In this document: piece by piece, positions 8,354-18,357 of the stretch
Layout of the letters: every line of letters begins with the position of its first letter
Numbering within the stretch: position 1 is the first letter of the stretch
IMG/VR virus record: IMGVR_UViG_3300009639_000001
Coordinates: 1-61,813 of that record
Length of the DNA: 61,813 nt
Direction: 5' to 3' (one strand)
DNA from: a virus
Notes under the pieces: model-generated
Told to the model about the DNA's origin: nothing
What the model saw: only the letters and a program-made list of their open reading frames with translations
Databases searched by the model: none
Translations under genes and position numbers: made by a program

Positions 8354-9544
8354 TTAAACAAAGTTAATAACAATGTTTGCAGTAACGCTTTGTGACGCAT
8401 AATTATAAGCAATCGGAATATCTACGCTTGATCCGGGACTAGACGAAGTACCTGAATAAATATTACTAAGCGAAAAAACCGGTCGAGCAATATTAGGATT
8501 AGCCGACATTGTAACCGCTTGAAGAGCCGAAATAAGAACAGTCTCACCAATGGCGAGACTGTTTAAATAATTTACTAATGCAGTTGTGATAGCTGTTGTA
8601 ATGGCCGTTGTATATCCTGTTAGCTTATGAACATTTAGTGTTACGTAAATCGGCGTATAAGCTAATATGTAAAAAGCAATTGGAGTAACATTTCCATATT
8701 GATCGGTAACATCGATAGTAGTCGATCCATTTGTATAACATCCAGGAGTTTTGGTTTGCCATATCGTTGTTGCTATGATTGAAGGTGTACTGCCTTCAAC
8801 AACTGCAGTAATCGAATGAGGTGGAAGACCAAGACCATTTGGATCGGTAGCCGATGAACTAGTGGGATTTTCATAAATTACATAGCGAGTAACACCTTCA
8901 ATGCTTGCAATAGCTGCTTCAGTGGCATTTAATGGACTTACAGAGGCTATTGCTGTGCTGGTAGTCTGCCTGGATCTAAATTGTGAATCTGTTTCTACTG
9001 GTTGACCTGCAACTGCAGCTCCAGTATTCGTAACAGATGTCCATCCATAAGTAGGAGTAGCAATTGTTGTAAGAGTTCCGGGAGCTGCATTAATGGCTCC
9101 TATTGTTTCGCAAATTGCCGTTACTGTAACTGTTCCTCCGCCACCAATAAGGACTGTTGCAGGCAAATCCCATAAATTTCCTGCTCCATCTTGGATTTTA
9201 CCATTATTAATAGTAATTCCTGCGGTGCCGGTTACAACTACAGTCGGACAAGTTGAATAAGATGGAACCTTACGAGTAAGGCCATTTATTTTATATAAAG
9301 CATCCTGTGCACTACCATAAACAGTAGAAGCTCCAAAAGAGTTATAAGCCAATTGTAGACCATTCATGCAATCATAGGCATTTAAAGCAATAATTGAAAG
9401 CATTTGATAATCTGCAGAATCTGGACCTAAATAAATTTGCGATCCATAGATATTTTGCACTCCAGTTACATAATATGACAAGATATCTGAATATAAAGGG
9501 ATAGAAAGTCCTGCCGATGTTATTTCTGGTGCTTGATATGTCAT
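8354..9544 (-). CDS. Baseplate J-like wedge protein
   Basis: 396 aa in the conserved spike / W-like / J-like / I-like gene order. Confidence 0.6.
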   Translation of the reverse strand: MTYQAPEITSAGLSIPLYSDILSYYVTGVQNIYGSQIYLGPDSADYQMLSIIALNAYDCMNGLQLAYNSFGASTVYGSAQDALYKINGLTRKVPSYSTCPTVVVTGTAGITINNGKIQDGAGNLWDLPATVLIGGGGTVTVTAICETIGAINAAPGTLTTIATPTYGWTSVTNTGAAVAGQPVETDSQFRSRQTTSTAIASVSPLNATEAAIASIEGVTRYVIYENPTSSSATDPNGLGLPPHSITAVVEGSTPSIIATTIWQTKTPGCYTNGSTTIDVTDQYGNVTPIAFYILAYTPIYVTLNVHKLTGYTTAITTAITTALVNYLNSLAIGETVLISALQAVTMSANPNIARPVFSLSNIYSGTSSSPGSSVDIPIAYNYASQSVTANIVINFV

Positions 9545-9559
9545 ATAGTAGATCCTCCT

Positions 9560-9949
9560 TTACACGGGGGGGAGATTGATTGGCAAATTAGAAACAGTAA
9601 TTTGGGTACTAAAATTAGTTGTTACAGTTGCTGTAAAAGAAAATTGTCTAGTCGTAGAATTATAAGTCGAAGATATAGAAGTTATTGCCTGCACATAAGG
9701 AACACTTAAAATAACATCTTGTATTAATAACGTTATATAATTACTGTTATTTCGTGTTCCTAGAATGTCTTGCCAAAGTGGTAATCCAATTTCAAGATTA
9801 AGCCACCATTCACCCTGAAATAGAAGCAGTGATGTTTGTATGGCTTGGGCAACTGCAGCAGTATCAACTAAAAAACCTTGACTCGTGCCAAGACCGAAAG
9901 TGTAATCCATAGTTGTAGGATTTAATGTTCTATAAATGATGGTAGACAA
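9560..9949 (-). CDS. Small baseplate wedge protein (gp25/W or XkdS-like position)
   Basis: 129 aa between the spike and J-like genes. Confidence 0.4.
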   Translation of the reverse strand: MSTIIYRTLNPTTMDYTFGLGTSQGFLVDTAAVAQAIQTSLLLFQGEWWLNLEIGLPLWQDILGTRNNSNYITLLIQDVILSVPYVQAITSISSTYNSTTRQFSFTATVTTNFSTQITVSNLPINLPPV

Positions 9950-10585
9950 TTAGACAACACCTCCAGAAACTCCTGTTCCTGTTGTAACTCCGCTATGAGT
10001 ATGCGCCAAAAAAACACGACTATCAATAGTCGTGTCACTGCCAATAACAACAGAACTTCCAGTTATATTTATTGTTCCAGCTGTAATGTTTATTGCATTT
10101 TCGGCTAATTTTATAGTGGCTGTTCCATCATCTTTTTGAATAATTAAACTCGAAGTATTAACAGAAGCTAATGAATTAGGCTGAGAAGTTCCTGTAATAA
10201 TAGCAAAACCATCACTTAAGTCATGACGTCGCCTATCCATTTGGATGTTATTTATTCCACCATTTTGATATTGGGCATCAATGCACATATCAGCAAAAAT
10301 AACAAGACATTCATTACCTTCTGTTACTGGAAATGTGATTGAATATCCACCTGCTCGTGGGAACATCACCGGAACATCAACTAACAAAGGTATTTGTTCC
10401 CAAGTAACAATCCCATTTAAATTTATTCTGTCGTAAATTGATAGTTGAATAACTGCTGTCTGTTTAACAGGATTAAAACTTTGGATGATTCCTGGCATAG
10501 CTACTTTAATTTGGGCTGACAATGTATCTGCTAATTTGTGATATATTTCTTCTTGTATATTAAGACGAATTGGCAAAGTTTGCAT
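9950..10585 (-). CDS. Baseplate central spike (gpV/gp138 N-like)
   Basis: MPGIIQSFNPVKQTAVIQ OB-fold-like N-terminus and beta-helix-like C-terminus (INITAGTINITGSSVVIGS). Confidence 0.55.
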   Translation of the reverse strand: MQTLPIRLNIQEEIYHKLADTLSAQIKVAMPGIIQSFNPVKQTAVIQLSIYDRINLNGIVTWEQIPLLVDVPVMFPRAGGYSITFPVTEGNECLVIFADMCIDAQYQNGGINNIQMDRRRHDLSDGFAIITGTSQPNSLASVNTSSLIIQKDDGTATIKLAENAINITAGTINITGSSVVIGSDTTIDSRVFLAHTHSGVTTGTGVSGGVV

Positions 10586-10595
10586 TGTAATTCTC

Positions 10596-11567
10596 CTAAT
10601 CTGGATTTTTTAAGGAATTTTGAACAGAATTTACTAGCAATGCCAAATCTCCAGAACTTAAACCTGCAATACATTCTGTATACCAATCATTGCCCCTGGT
10701 ATCTCCTCGATGTCTTAAACCAAATACTTGATAATAACCGCTTTGATCTAAAATAGTTATATTTTGGCCTTGATATATTTTTTGTTGAATTAAAGATGTC
10801 ATATTAAGATGTACCAACATAGAAGGCTGTACTACTTTAATTAATGGGTTTAATAATACTTTAAATTGTATTCCATCTTGGGTTACTTGTGGCGTTCCTA
10901 TTAATCCCGTGGTGGGCGTAATTTCAAGGGCTTCAGTTGGTCCAAGTACAACGCCATCAGATAATCTAGTCATGTGCACCTGGCCATCATGAATATATAG
11001 TTGTGCATTATTATAAAGAGCAATATTTCTTAAATATGCTTGTGGTTCTCCAAAAAAAGTTTTTCCCCTTGGTAATTCCTGTATGTTTATATTCTCGGAG
11101 ATTACACCAAGAGGGAATGGACTACTAGCATTATTTGCAATGTCACTAATATGGCTTCTTTGATCAGTACCGGCAAATACAGTAAATCGACATATATTAT
11201 TATCAAATATCCCTAAACCATCAAGACAATGTAACGTTAGCTTATAATCTACTACATTTTCACGCTCTCTAAAGGCTTGAAAAAGTTGACCATCAAAAAT
11301 TTTTCCATAATATCCATCAATATATCCAGCTTCAACGACAACACGACTACCTTCTTGAATCAAAGTCGTTTCTGTTGGACCACTCAAATTATATATACAA
11401 ATATCTCCATAATAACATGCTTGATATGCTGGACGATCAATATCAAAAGTTACTCTTATAGCACCTGATTGGACTTCCGAATCACTATTTGATATTTCAA
11501 TTTGTTCATTCGTTAACGTATAAACAGTAACTTTCCATTTTCTAATAAATAATGAATTTGTTGACAT
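10596..11567 (-). CDS. Baseplate hub protein (gpD/XkdQ-like)
   Basis: 323 aa, position upstream of the spike; good SD (AGGAGGAAATATG). Confidence 0.5.
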   Translation of the reverse strand: MSTNSLFIRKWKVTVYTLTNEQIEISNSDSEVQSGAIRVTFDIDRPAYQACYYGDICIYNLSGPTETTLIQEGSRVVVEAGYIDGYYGKIFDGQLFQAFRERENVVDYKLTLHCLDGLGIFDNNICRFTVFAGTDQRSHISDIANNASSPFPLGVISENINIQELPRGKTFFGEPQAYLRNIALYNNAQLYIHDGQVHMTRLSDGVVLGPTEALEITPTTGLIGTPQVTQDGIQFKVLLNPLIKVVQPSMLVHLNMTSLIQQKIYQGQNITILDQSGYYQVFGLRHRGDTRGNDWYTECIAGLSSGDLALLVNSVQNSLKNPD

Positions 11568-11777
11568 ATTTCCTCCTATTATTTTAGAAGATTATTTATC
11601 ATTTATTACCTCCTGGATTTTTCTTTATGAATTATTTTTAAAATGGTATAATAGATATATGGGATAGTCTTCTACTGATCATAGAATGCGACAAGAAGCC
11701 TCTGTACTTCTTCCCATATAAAAACAATTTTATATACAGATAAAAATTAACTACTATTACAGAGGAGTGGTTTTGTT

Positions 11778-12602
11778 ATGATTATTTACAAAGCACAAAA
11801 TAAAATTAATGGAATGATTTATATTGGACAAACAATTAAAACATTAGAAGATAGAATTAAACGTCATTTACAATTTCATAATAAATGTTATTTCCCAAAA
11901 GTATTATATAAATATGGTGTTGATATTTTTGAATTTAAAATTATTGATAATGCTATGACTAAAGAAGAGTTAAATAATAAAGAAATTTTTTGGATAGCAT
12001 TTTTTAATTGTCAATTTCCTAACGGTTATAATTTAACCGCTGGAGGAGATGCTAATCCTATGAGTCATCCATGGGCAATACAGAAAATGAAAGAATCTAA
12101 AAAAGGACAAATACCGTGGAATAAGGGTATTCCACAATCTGAAGAAACAAAGCAAAAAAATCGCGAATTTAATATAGGTAGAAAACATTCTAAAGAAACA
12201 CTGCAAAAAATGAGTAAAAGCCATAGCGGTAGTAATAATTCTTTTTTTGGTAAAAATCATACTGAAGAAGCTAAAATAAAAAATAGAGATGCACATTTAG
12301 GAAAAATTTATAGCGATGAAATAAAAGCAAAATTAAGTGAAATGAGGAAAGGTGATAAAAATAGTTTTTTTGGTAAAAAACATACTGAAGAAACTAAAAA
12401 GAAAAATCGTGAAGCTCATTTAGGGAAAAAGACATCAGAAAAAACAAAAGAGAAATTAAGAGAAATATGTCGTAAACGTAAAGAATTAAAAGCTAAGGTG
12501 GAGTGCTCGGTACAGGTGTTGTTGGTGTCGTCGCAAGAGTTAATGTTGTTGCTGCAAGATTATTTCCTACTAACAAAAGATAAGCAGTTCCTAAATTATT
12601 GA
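11778..12602 (+). CDS. GIY-YIG homing endonuclease with NUMOD3 repeats
   Basis: IYKAQNKINGMIYIGQT...R..H (GIY-YIG); repeated HSKETLQKMS / HTEEAKIKN / HTEETKKKN modules; opposite strand to the tail operon; paralog of 37250-38059. Confidence 0.85.
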   Translation: MIIYKAQNKINGMIYIGQTIKTLEDRIKRHLQFHNKCYFPKVLYKYGVDIFEFKIIDNAMTKEELNNKEIFWIAFFNCQFPNGYNLTAGGDANPMSHPWAIQKMKESKKGQIPWNKGIPQSEETKQKNREFNIGRKHSKETLQKMSKSHSGSNNSFFGKNHTEEAKIKNRDAHLGKIYSDEIKAKLSEMRKGDKNSFFGKKHTEETKKKNREAHLGKKTSEKTKEKLREICRKRKELKAKVECSVQVLLVSSQELMLLLQDYFLLTKDKQFLNY

Positions 12603-12891
12603 TATTTGGCAAATCAACTGTAGTTCCTGATACATTAATTAAAAACCATTCACCAATGCCCAAATATTCATATTGGCCTAATATATTGCCCGCCGGATAA
12701 ATATCCGCAAATAAAGGAATAGAATCAAGAATGAGAGTATTATTAGCTGGATTTGAAAGAGTCATTACCCAATATCCAGCAACTTCATTAAATCTCAATA
12801 CTATTCCTAGTGTTACGTTTTGACCATTTACTACTATAGTAGTTTGGAAAGATTGATTCTGCATACTAGTTACAGGAATTTGTTGTAACAT
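12493..12891 (-). CDS. Tail/baseplate-associated protein, unknown function
   Basis: 132-aa ORF in the tail operon. Its last ~110 nt are antisense to the 3' end of the GIY-YIG ORF. Confidence 0.4.
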   Translation of the reverse strand: MLQQIPVTSMQNQSFQTTIVVNGQNVTLGIVLRFNEVAGYWVMTLSNPANNTLILDSIPLFADIYPAGNILGQYEYLGIGEWFLINVSGTTVDLPNINNLGTAYLLLVGNNLAATTLTLATTPTTPVPSTPP

Positions 12892-12892
12892 T

Positions 12893-13603
12893 TTATTGTG
12901 TTCCTCCTGTAGCAGTATCGTTTGCAGCTGACGTAGAAGTTGGAGTTTGAGGGTTTATTGTTCCAAGACTATTATTTTGATCTACTGATCGACTTGCTGT
13001 TGTAATTGTTGGAACTTGTGCAGTAATTATTTGTCGAAACATTACTGTAAATTTACCGCCAAATTGAGTTTTATAATCATCAGAAGTAAACACGCTTTCT
13101 ATCAACATATTTTGATAATTAATTAATCTTGTATGTATTTGTAAATTTATTCTACTTTGCATTAATGCAATCAATGTTTGATAAGCTGACACGCTTTTAG
13201 TAGAGGCATTAGTCCAAGGATTAGGAATTAATAAACTATCCATAGCGTCACTCATGCCTATTTCCATCCGTAATTTTACAGGCATTTGATAGGCATGATC
13301 TACGATATTAGCACCAATTTGAATTGGATGTTCTGTTATCCGCATTTCTGCCGTATGTTCTACTTTCATAATAGCGTCAAAAAAATACATAGTTCCAGCA
13401 GGAGTTCCAGTTGTTCCTGGGATTGTTGTCTGAATACCTGTTTTTATCATGAAAAGCTGATTTTGATTTATAATATTCCATTGAGGAGGTCGCCACGGTC
13501 CTGTTGGAAGTACTGTTGATTTTTGATCTGCAGGAGGACTATTAAAATAAGATGCTGTGGCATTATATGTTGCATAAATAGTGCTTAAAGAATTTATGCT
13601 CAT
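12893..13603 (-). CDS. Tail protein downstream of the tape measure, unknown function
   Basis: ATG at 13601-13603 overlaps the tape-measure stop (ATGA). Confidence 0.45.
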   Translation of the reverse strand: MSINSLSTIYATYNATASYFNSPPADQKSTVLPTGPWRPPQWNIINQNQLFMIKTGIQTTIPGTTGTPAGTMYFFDAIMKVEHTAEMRITEHPIQIGANIVDHAYQMPVKLRMEIGMSDAMDSLLIPNPWTNASTKSVSAYQTLIALMQSRINLQIHTRLINYQNMLIESVFTSDDYKTQFGGKFTVMFRQIITAQVPTITTASRSVDQNNSLGTINPQTPTSTSAANDTATGGTQ

Positions 13604-15543
13604 GAATGCACCCCCTGCCAATCATTTAAAAGTCGTGCATTTTGTCTTTGTAATGTTGTTTGAAGTACATTAAGAACATGCATGGAAATTTCTTCTCCAC
13701 TTGCTCCCGGTTGAGTTATATTTATATTTAATCCACCTATGTTAGTCTGCAAAGAATATCCATTATTTGTAGCAGTAGGAGCAGTATTCCCAGTTGATCC
13801 GGTCATACTAGCGAAATTTTGCGCACCTGCTGCCAATGTGCTAGAAACATTATTTGCATTTCCTAAAACTCGACCAACATATCCATTTTCTCCTTTATAA
13901 GTACCACGCTTTAAATAACTCTCAGCAGCATCAGGACCACCATTCCACCATGCTGCAACTGCTCCCCAACTTCCATATTGCTGATATGCTTTAGCCAATT
14001 GGAATTGCGCAACAGCTTCTTGATTAGCTGGAACTTTATAATCAGCATCAGAACCAAGACCAGCTTCAGATGCCCATTGTCCCCAATTTTCAGCTAATAT
14101 TTGATATTTACCACCTAGATTCCATTTGCCAGCATCCATATGAGCTGGAGAAGAATAATCCCCTCCACTTCGTTCACCTTTATTTGCTAAATTTTCCGCG
14201 AATGCACCTAATCCAGGAACAGACTCATTTTGTTTTACTCCTGCTATTGTTTCTCCTCCTGCACCACTTAATGCTGATGTATTAGGAGTTTTTGTACCAC
14301 CAGTAGCTTCAAATATATCTTTAGATAATTGTTCTGTTGGATTTAATGCTTCTTCACCAAAAGTAGCATTAGCAAGTTTAAGTCTTGACCATGCCTGACC
14401 ATATTTCCCTTGTCCTGCTAATTCCATCGCTTGAAATACATAAGCTAATGCTTCTGATCTTTTAATAGTTTGTTGTATTGTATCTTGAATTGCTTTAGAT
14501 AAAGAATCTTTCGTGCCTGTTAAATGATCAACAATGCTTGAAATAGTTGGGATTATATCTGCTAAAACTATACCCCATTCTTTAGCAGCTACTTTTGCTT
14601 CTTCAAAATCTTTTTTAATTGTTGGTAATGCCTCTTTAAGCTCTTTCCACATAGGTGCTAAAGTAGCATTTGAAGTTTTTCCGCTTATATAATCATTAAA
14701 ATCTTTGGCTAATTCAATTACAGCAGCTATTCCAACTCTAAATAGCATAATAGGACCACTAGCGGAAGTTAACCCTATAAATACCAATCCTAAAGCTACT
14801 AATGCTTCTTTTAATTGATCGATATTAGGTATAACTTTTTTTAATTCTTCCCAAAAACTTTTTATTTCAGGAATTGCTTTATCGCGAATAAAGTCATATA
14901 AAAAAGTAAATTGTTTTACAACCCATACTAATTTATCACCAATCATGCTGGCTATTTGTGGCATATGAGTGGTAATATAGTCATTGAATTCCTTGAAAGT
15001 CATTTTGGTGTTCCCAAATACACTTGCAAGTTTATTCCAAACATCCACGGCAATATACTGCATCATATAGGTACTTTCTAGCTTTAAACGTGTAACTTCA
15101 AAGCGTAAATCACGCATTTGCCGGAAAGTACCTTCTGCACCTTGACCCATTTCAAGCTGTCTTGCTTGTGCCTGCAATGCAAAATATCTCTGCCTTAATT
15201 CCGGTATCCATGCAACATTTGTCATGGATTCACCCATCGCATCAAGGACTATTTTCATTTCCTTTGCTGCTGGCAAACTCATGTGCATTTGAAGTGCAAA
15301 TTCTTGATATTTTAGATCTGCCTGAGATACTTTGTCTATTAAACCTACTGTTGCAGCAGTAACAGAAGCTAAACTTCCAACAATTTCCGTAGATGCTCGT
15401 AAAAATGATTTAGTCATACCGGTAGTATAGTTAGTAACTTGCTGAGATGATCGGTTAAGAGCATCACTCATTTTCGCATATTCAGTATCATTTACGTTAA
15501 AACCTAGTGATACTAAATAGCTTTTCAGTATATTGTCGGCCAT
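13600..15543 (-). CDS. Tail tape measure protein with a C-terminal lysozyme/transglycosylase-like segment
   Basis: 647 aa, helical and TM-like central segments; follows the chaperone gene. The C-terminal segment is read as transglycosylase-like. Confidence 0.75.
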   Translation of the reverse strand: MADNILKSYLVSLGFNVNDTEYAKMSDALNRSSQQVTNYTTGMTKSFLRASTEIVGSLASVTAATVGLIDKVSQADLKYQEFALQMHMSLPAAKEMKIVLDAMGESMTNVAWIPELRQRYFALQAQARQLEMGQGAEGTFRQMRDLRFEVTRLKLESTYMMQYIAVDVWNKLASVFGNTKMTFKEFNDYITTHMPQIASMIGDKLVWVVKQFTFLYDFIRDKAIPEIKSFWEELKKVIPNIDQLKEALVALGLVFIGLTSASGPIMLFRVGIAAVIELAKDFNDYISGKTSNATLAPMWKELKEALPTIKKDFEEAKVAAKEWGIVLADIIPTISSIVDHLTGTKDSLSKAIQDTIQQTIKRSEALAYVFQAMELAGQGKYGQAWSRLKLANATFGEEALNPTEQLSKDIFEATGGTKTPNTSALSGAGGETIAGVKQNESVPGLGAFAENLANKGERSGGDYSSPAHMDAGKWNLGGKYQILAENWGQWASEAGLGSDADYKVPANQEAVAQFQLAKAYQQYGSWGAVAAWWNGGPDAAESYLKRGTYKGENGYVGRVLGNANNVSSTLAAGAQNFASMTGSTGNTAPTATNNGYSLQTNIGGLNINITQPGASGEEISMHVLNVLQTTLQRQNARLLNDWQGVHS

Positions 15544-15562
15544 TATATCACCTCACATCACA

Positions 15563-15805
15563 TCACCGAGGATTTAAGCTCTCTATATATGTTTTAAATC
15601 TGAATTCATTTTCTCTGCGAACTGCATTCATTTCATGCCAATCAATTAAGTCTATTAAATCATATGTTCCATCATCTAATTGGCATTGTTGCCATTCTTT
15701 AGCAACAACTGGTGCCCATAAATAGCCATTGATAGTTAAGTATTGAATAGGGCTATATCCTTCATGCTGTCCCTCAGAACTTTCAATGACTTTTCGGTGA
15801 AAAAA
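15563..15805 (-). CDS. -1 frameshift extension of the tail assembly chaperone (gpGT-like)
   Basis: T_TTT_TTC heptamer (plus-strand 15799-15805). The -1 frame is open from there to the TGA at 15563-15565 and has no start codon of its own. Confidence 0.55.
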   Translation of the reverse strand, partial: FFHRKVIESSEGQHEGYSPIQYLTINGYLWAPVVAKEWQQCQLDDGTYDLIDLIDWHEMNAVRRENEFRFKTYIESLNPR

Positions 15806-16164
15806 CTTGCGATATTAAATGACAAAACTTGGGCACATAAAGCTATTACTGTAGGTGTATCATATTCTAGGTCTTTAATTAGCCAAACTCCTTTTTTCGT
15901 CATAATTGGCAAAGGCATTTCCGAACTTCCTACAGTTTCATATTTTTTTGCTGCACACATACAATAATCTACTAAATCGGAAAACTCTTGTTCTGTCATA
16001 AGTTTTCTTGATTCAGGTAAATTATTAATATTAATCTGTTGATCTAATCCCAAAGGCGCAATTTTTGTAAAAATTTGTACTGCTATAAACATACCTATTT
16101 TTGCTGTGAATTTTTCAATTTGATAATTATGTCCATCAATATGAACATCTTTATAACGTTCCAT
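15736..16164 (-). CDS. Tail assembly chaperone (gpG-like, zero-frame product)
   Basis: 142 aa between the tube and tape-measure genes; slippery site near the 3' end. Confidence 0.6.
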   Translation of the reverse strand: MERYKDVHIDGHNYQIEKFTAKIGMFIAVQIFTKIAPLGLDQQININNLPESRKLMTEQEFSDLVDYCMCAAKKYETVGSSEMPLPIMTKKGVWLIKDLEYDTPTVIALCAQVLSFNIASFFTEKSLKVLRDSMKDIALFNT

Positions 16165-16182
16165 TTAAAATTTCCTCCATTA

Positions 16183-16635
16183 TTATGCGGTAGCTGTTTG
16201 TATATTTCCAGCACTTAACGTCCAAGTAATATTTGCTCCTTGTTTTCCGTACACTTTAGGAGGCAAATTTTGAGGGCTGATTCCTGTAACAATATGACTT
16301 ACTCCATTGACCGTACTTCTTAATAACATTGATGCACTATTCCAAGTTGATACATCATCATTATTTAATCCATTTTTTACTAAATCAAACCATTGAACTA
16401 AAAATGTATGAAAACTTGATGTTTGCTGCACTTCAATAGCTACTGTGCCATTATCCCCAGCAATAGCCGAAATTTGAACTGTCCCATCAGCTGCTACATC
16501 TTGCATTGTTTTTTCAGTGGCCATTGTAATCGTTATTTGACCGGCTCCTATCTCTCCGCCGAAAATAAATGTCCCTGCAAGAGGATGCGAAAATCCGCCG
16601 GTCAGGTCTTTGAACGAATACGTAGAATATGACAT
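16183..16635 (-). CDS. Tail tube protein, paralog B
   Basis: MSYSTYSFKDLTGGFSHPL; clearly paralogous to 16653-17120; position after the sheath gene. Confidence 0.6.
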   Translation of the reverse strand: MSYSTYSFKDLTGGFSHPLAGTFIFGGEIGAGQITITMATEKTMQDVAADGTVQISAIAGDNGTVAIEVQQTSSFHTFLVQWFDLVKNGLNNDDVSTWNSASMLLRSTVNGVSHIVTGISPQNLPPKVYGKQGANITWTLSAGNIQTATA

Positions 16636-16652
16636 TTAGAGAAACCCCCTAA

Positions 16653-17120
16653 CTAATTATTGATAATATTTCCAGCCATTAATGACCAAGTTACACTTTG
16701 TCCTTGCATAGTATAGGTTTTATCTGGCTGAATTTGTGGACTAATACCAGTTATTGTATGACTTCTTCCGTTTACAATATTTTTTAAAAACATTGCACCA
16801 CTTGCCCAATTTGTTACATCAGATTGATTTACATTGGTCAAATTAATCATCAACGCATTAAACCATTTAGTAAAATAATCATGTACACTAGATGTCTGCT
16901 GGCATTGAATTTGGATAGTACCATTAAACACAGCAACAGGCAAAATAAATATACCGCCATCGATGGCGATATCATGGAGAGTATTGTCATTGGCCATATG
17001 AATAGTAATCTGTCCTATACCACTAGATTCATTAATTGCACCGAAATTTAATGTGTTAAAAATCAATGGATGGGAAAATACACCTGTAAGATCTTTGAAA
17101 CTATAAATGGTCATAGCCAT
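16653..17120 (-). CDS. Tail tube protein, paralog A
   Basis: MAMTIYSFKDLTGVFSHPL; shares GISPQ..P.K.Y..QG...TW.L.AGNI with paralog B. Confidence 0.6.
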   Translation of the reverse strand: MAMTIYSFKDLTGVFSHPLIFNTLNFGAINESSGIGQITIHMANDNTLHDIAIDGGIFILPVAVFNGTIQIQCQQTSSVHDYFTKWFNALMINLTNVNQSDVTNWASGAMFLKNIVNGRSHTITGISPQIQPDKTYTMQGQSVTWSLMAGNIINN

Positions 17121-17147
17121 TTAATCACCTACTACTGTTTACAGTCT

Positions 17148-18290
17148 TCATCTTTGCACATATATGCCGATAATAATACTGTGAACAGCTCCCGCCTCAG
17201 TAATCGCCACATAAATGGGCGGAGATTGTCTTGCTGTTCTTTGTGCAGTAGTTAAAGTACTAACTGACTGAGCCTGAGTTAAATATCCTGCAGTCACAGC
17301 ATCGCCGGTATTGAGATTTAAAATAGGAACCCCTTCCCAAGTACCGGGAGCCAGAAAACCTACTGTTACAGCTTGTGAGCAAGCATTATTAATGGCATTC
17401 ATGATCTGAGTAATACCGGCATTGGTCAAAGGTATTTTAGGATTAGAAATCAATAGATCCATGACATTAAGCTGAATATTATTTGTTAACATGTCGAGAT
17501 TAATAATTTCATCGAAAAATTGACCATTGGCCATGGTTCCTTGTTCGGCAATTGTATACCCACCAGAATAATTTACATACACATTTCCATTATTAGCTTC
17601 AATATAATTTACTTGGGTTTGAGTCACAGGTTCGGCTATTACGCCAACTAAAGATTTAAATTTCAAGGTATACGCTGAATTTGCAAGACCGGTATTCAGC
17701 CCCATAGCAACACCAAGTAATGCAGCCACTGCATTAACCGTTTGGGTGGAATATAATCCTATTGGCCGATTATATTTAAGAGCAGCGAGTATCGTGAAAA
17801 TATCAATGGGAGTAGTTGCAGGAGTTAAAATATTGGTATCTACTGTAGTATAAAAATAAGTAGTCGAAGGTGTTGCCGTTTGTACATATGCAGCAATTAA
17901 TTCGCTCTGGGCATCAGAAGCACCGCAAACCATGCCTGCATACCATTCTGTATTCGCTAACCGGCAAGCCTGAAAAGCAATCAATGGAGTTTCCGGCGTT
18001 GCCAATGTAACATCTTGGCAGCCTACCCAAAGAACGAGTGGTGCAGGTGATTGGCCGAAATAGAGTTGTGCAGCTAAATATTCGGGATCAGTATTAGTAA
18101 AACCATAAGTCAACATATCATTTGTATTAGTAAATTCAACGATTCTTGTTGCATTGGGAATAACAGGAGAACCACTTTTTACGCTAGTTCCAATTATCAA
18201 ACCTTGGTTGAATGTGCTTCTTGCCGGGAAAACAGGGGAAATGTAAACCGCGACATCAATAATGTCATTTAAATTCAGGGTTGTGGTCAA
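17148..18290 (-). CDS. Contractile tail sheath protein
   Basis: About 380 aa directly upstream of the tube genes. Likely TTG start at 18288-18290 after GAAGGAG (the track ORF extends to 18311). Confidence 0.65.
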   Translation of the reverse strand: MTTTLNLNDIIDVAVYISPVFPARSTFNQGLIIGTSVKSGSPVIPNATRIVEFTNTNDMLTYGFTNTDPEYLAAQLYFGQSPAPLVLWVGCQDVTLATPETPLIAFQACRLANTEWYAGMVCGASDAQSELIAAYVQTATPSTTYFYTTVDTNILTPATTPIDIFTILAALKYNRPIGLYSTQTVNAVAALLGVAMGLNTGLANSAYTLKFKSLVGVIAEPVTQTQVNYIEANNGNVYVNYSGGYTIAEQGTMANGQFFDEIINLDMLTNNIQLNVMDLLISNPKIPLTNAGITQIMNAINNACSQAVTVGFLAPGTWEGVPILNLNTGDAVTAGYLTQAQSVSTLTTAQRTARQSPPIYVAITEAGAVHSIIIGIYVQR

Positions 18291-18357
18291 GATTTTCACT
18301 CCTTCGCGCATAAAAAATAGACGCTTCGGCGTCTTAATGTCATTTATTGAAACATGC

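Noticed and set aside
12033-12296. 87-aa minus-strand ORF inside the GIY-YIG gene, and similar antisense ORFs listed in the track (for example 406-624, 2433-2618, 6066-6293 and 43383-43772)
   Set aside because: They lie wholly inside well-supported genes on the opposite strand and have Phe/Ile/Ser-rich shadow composition.
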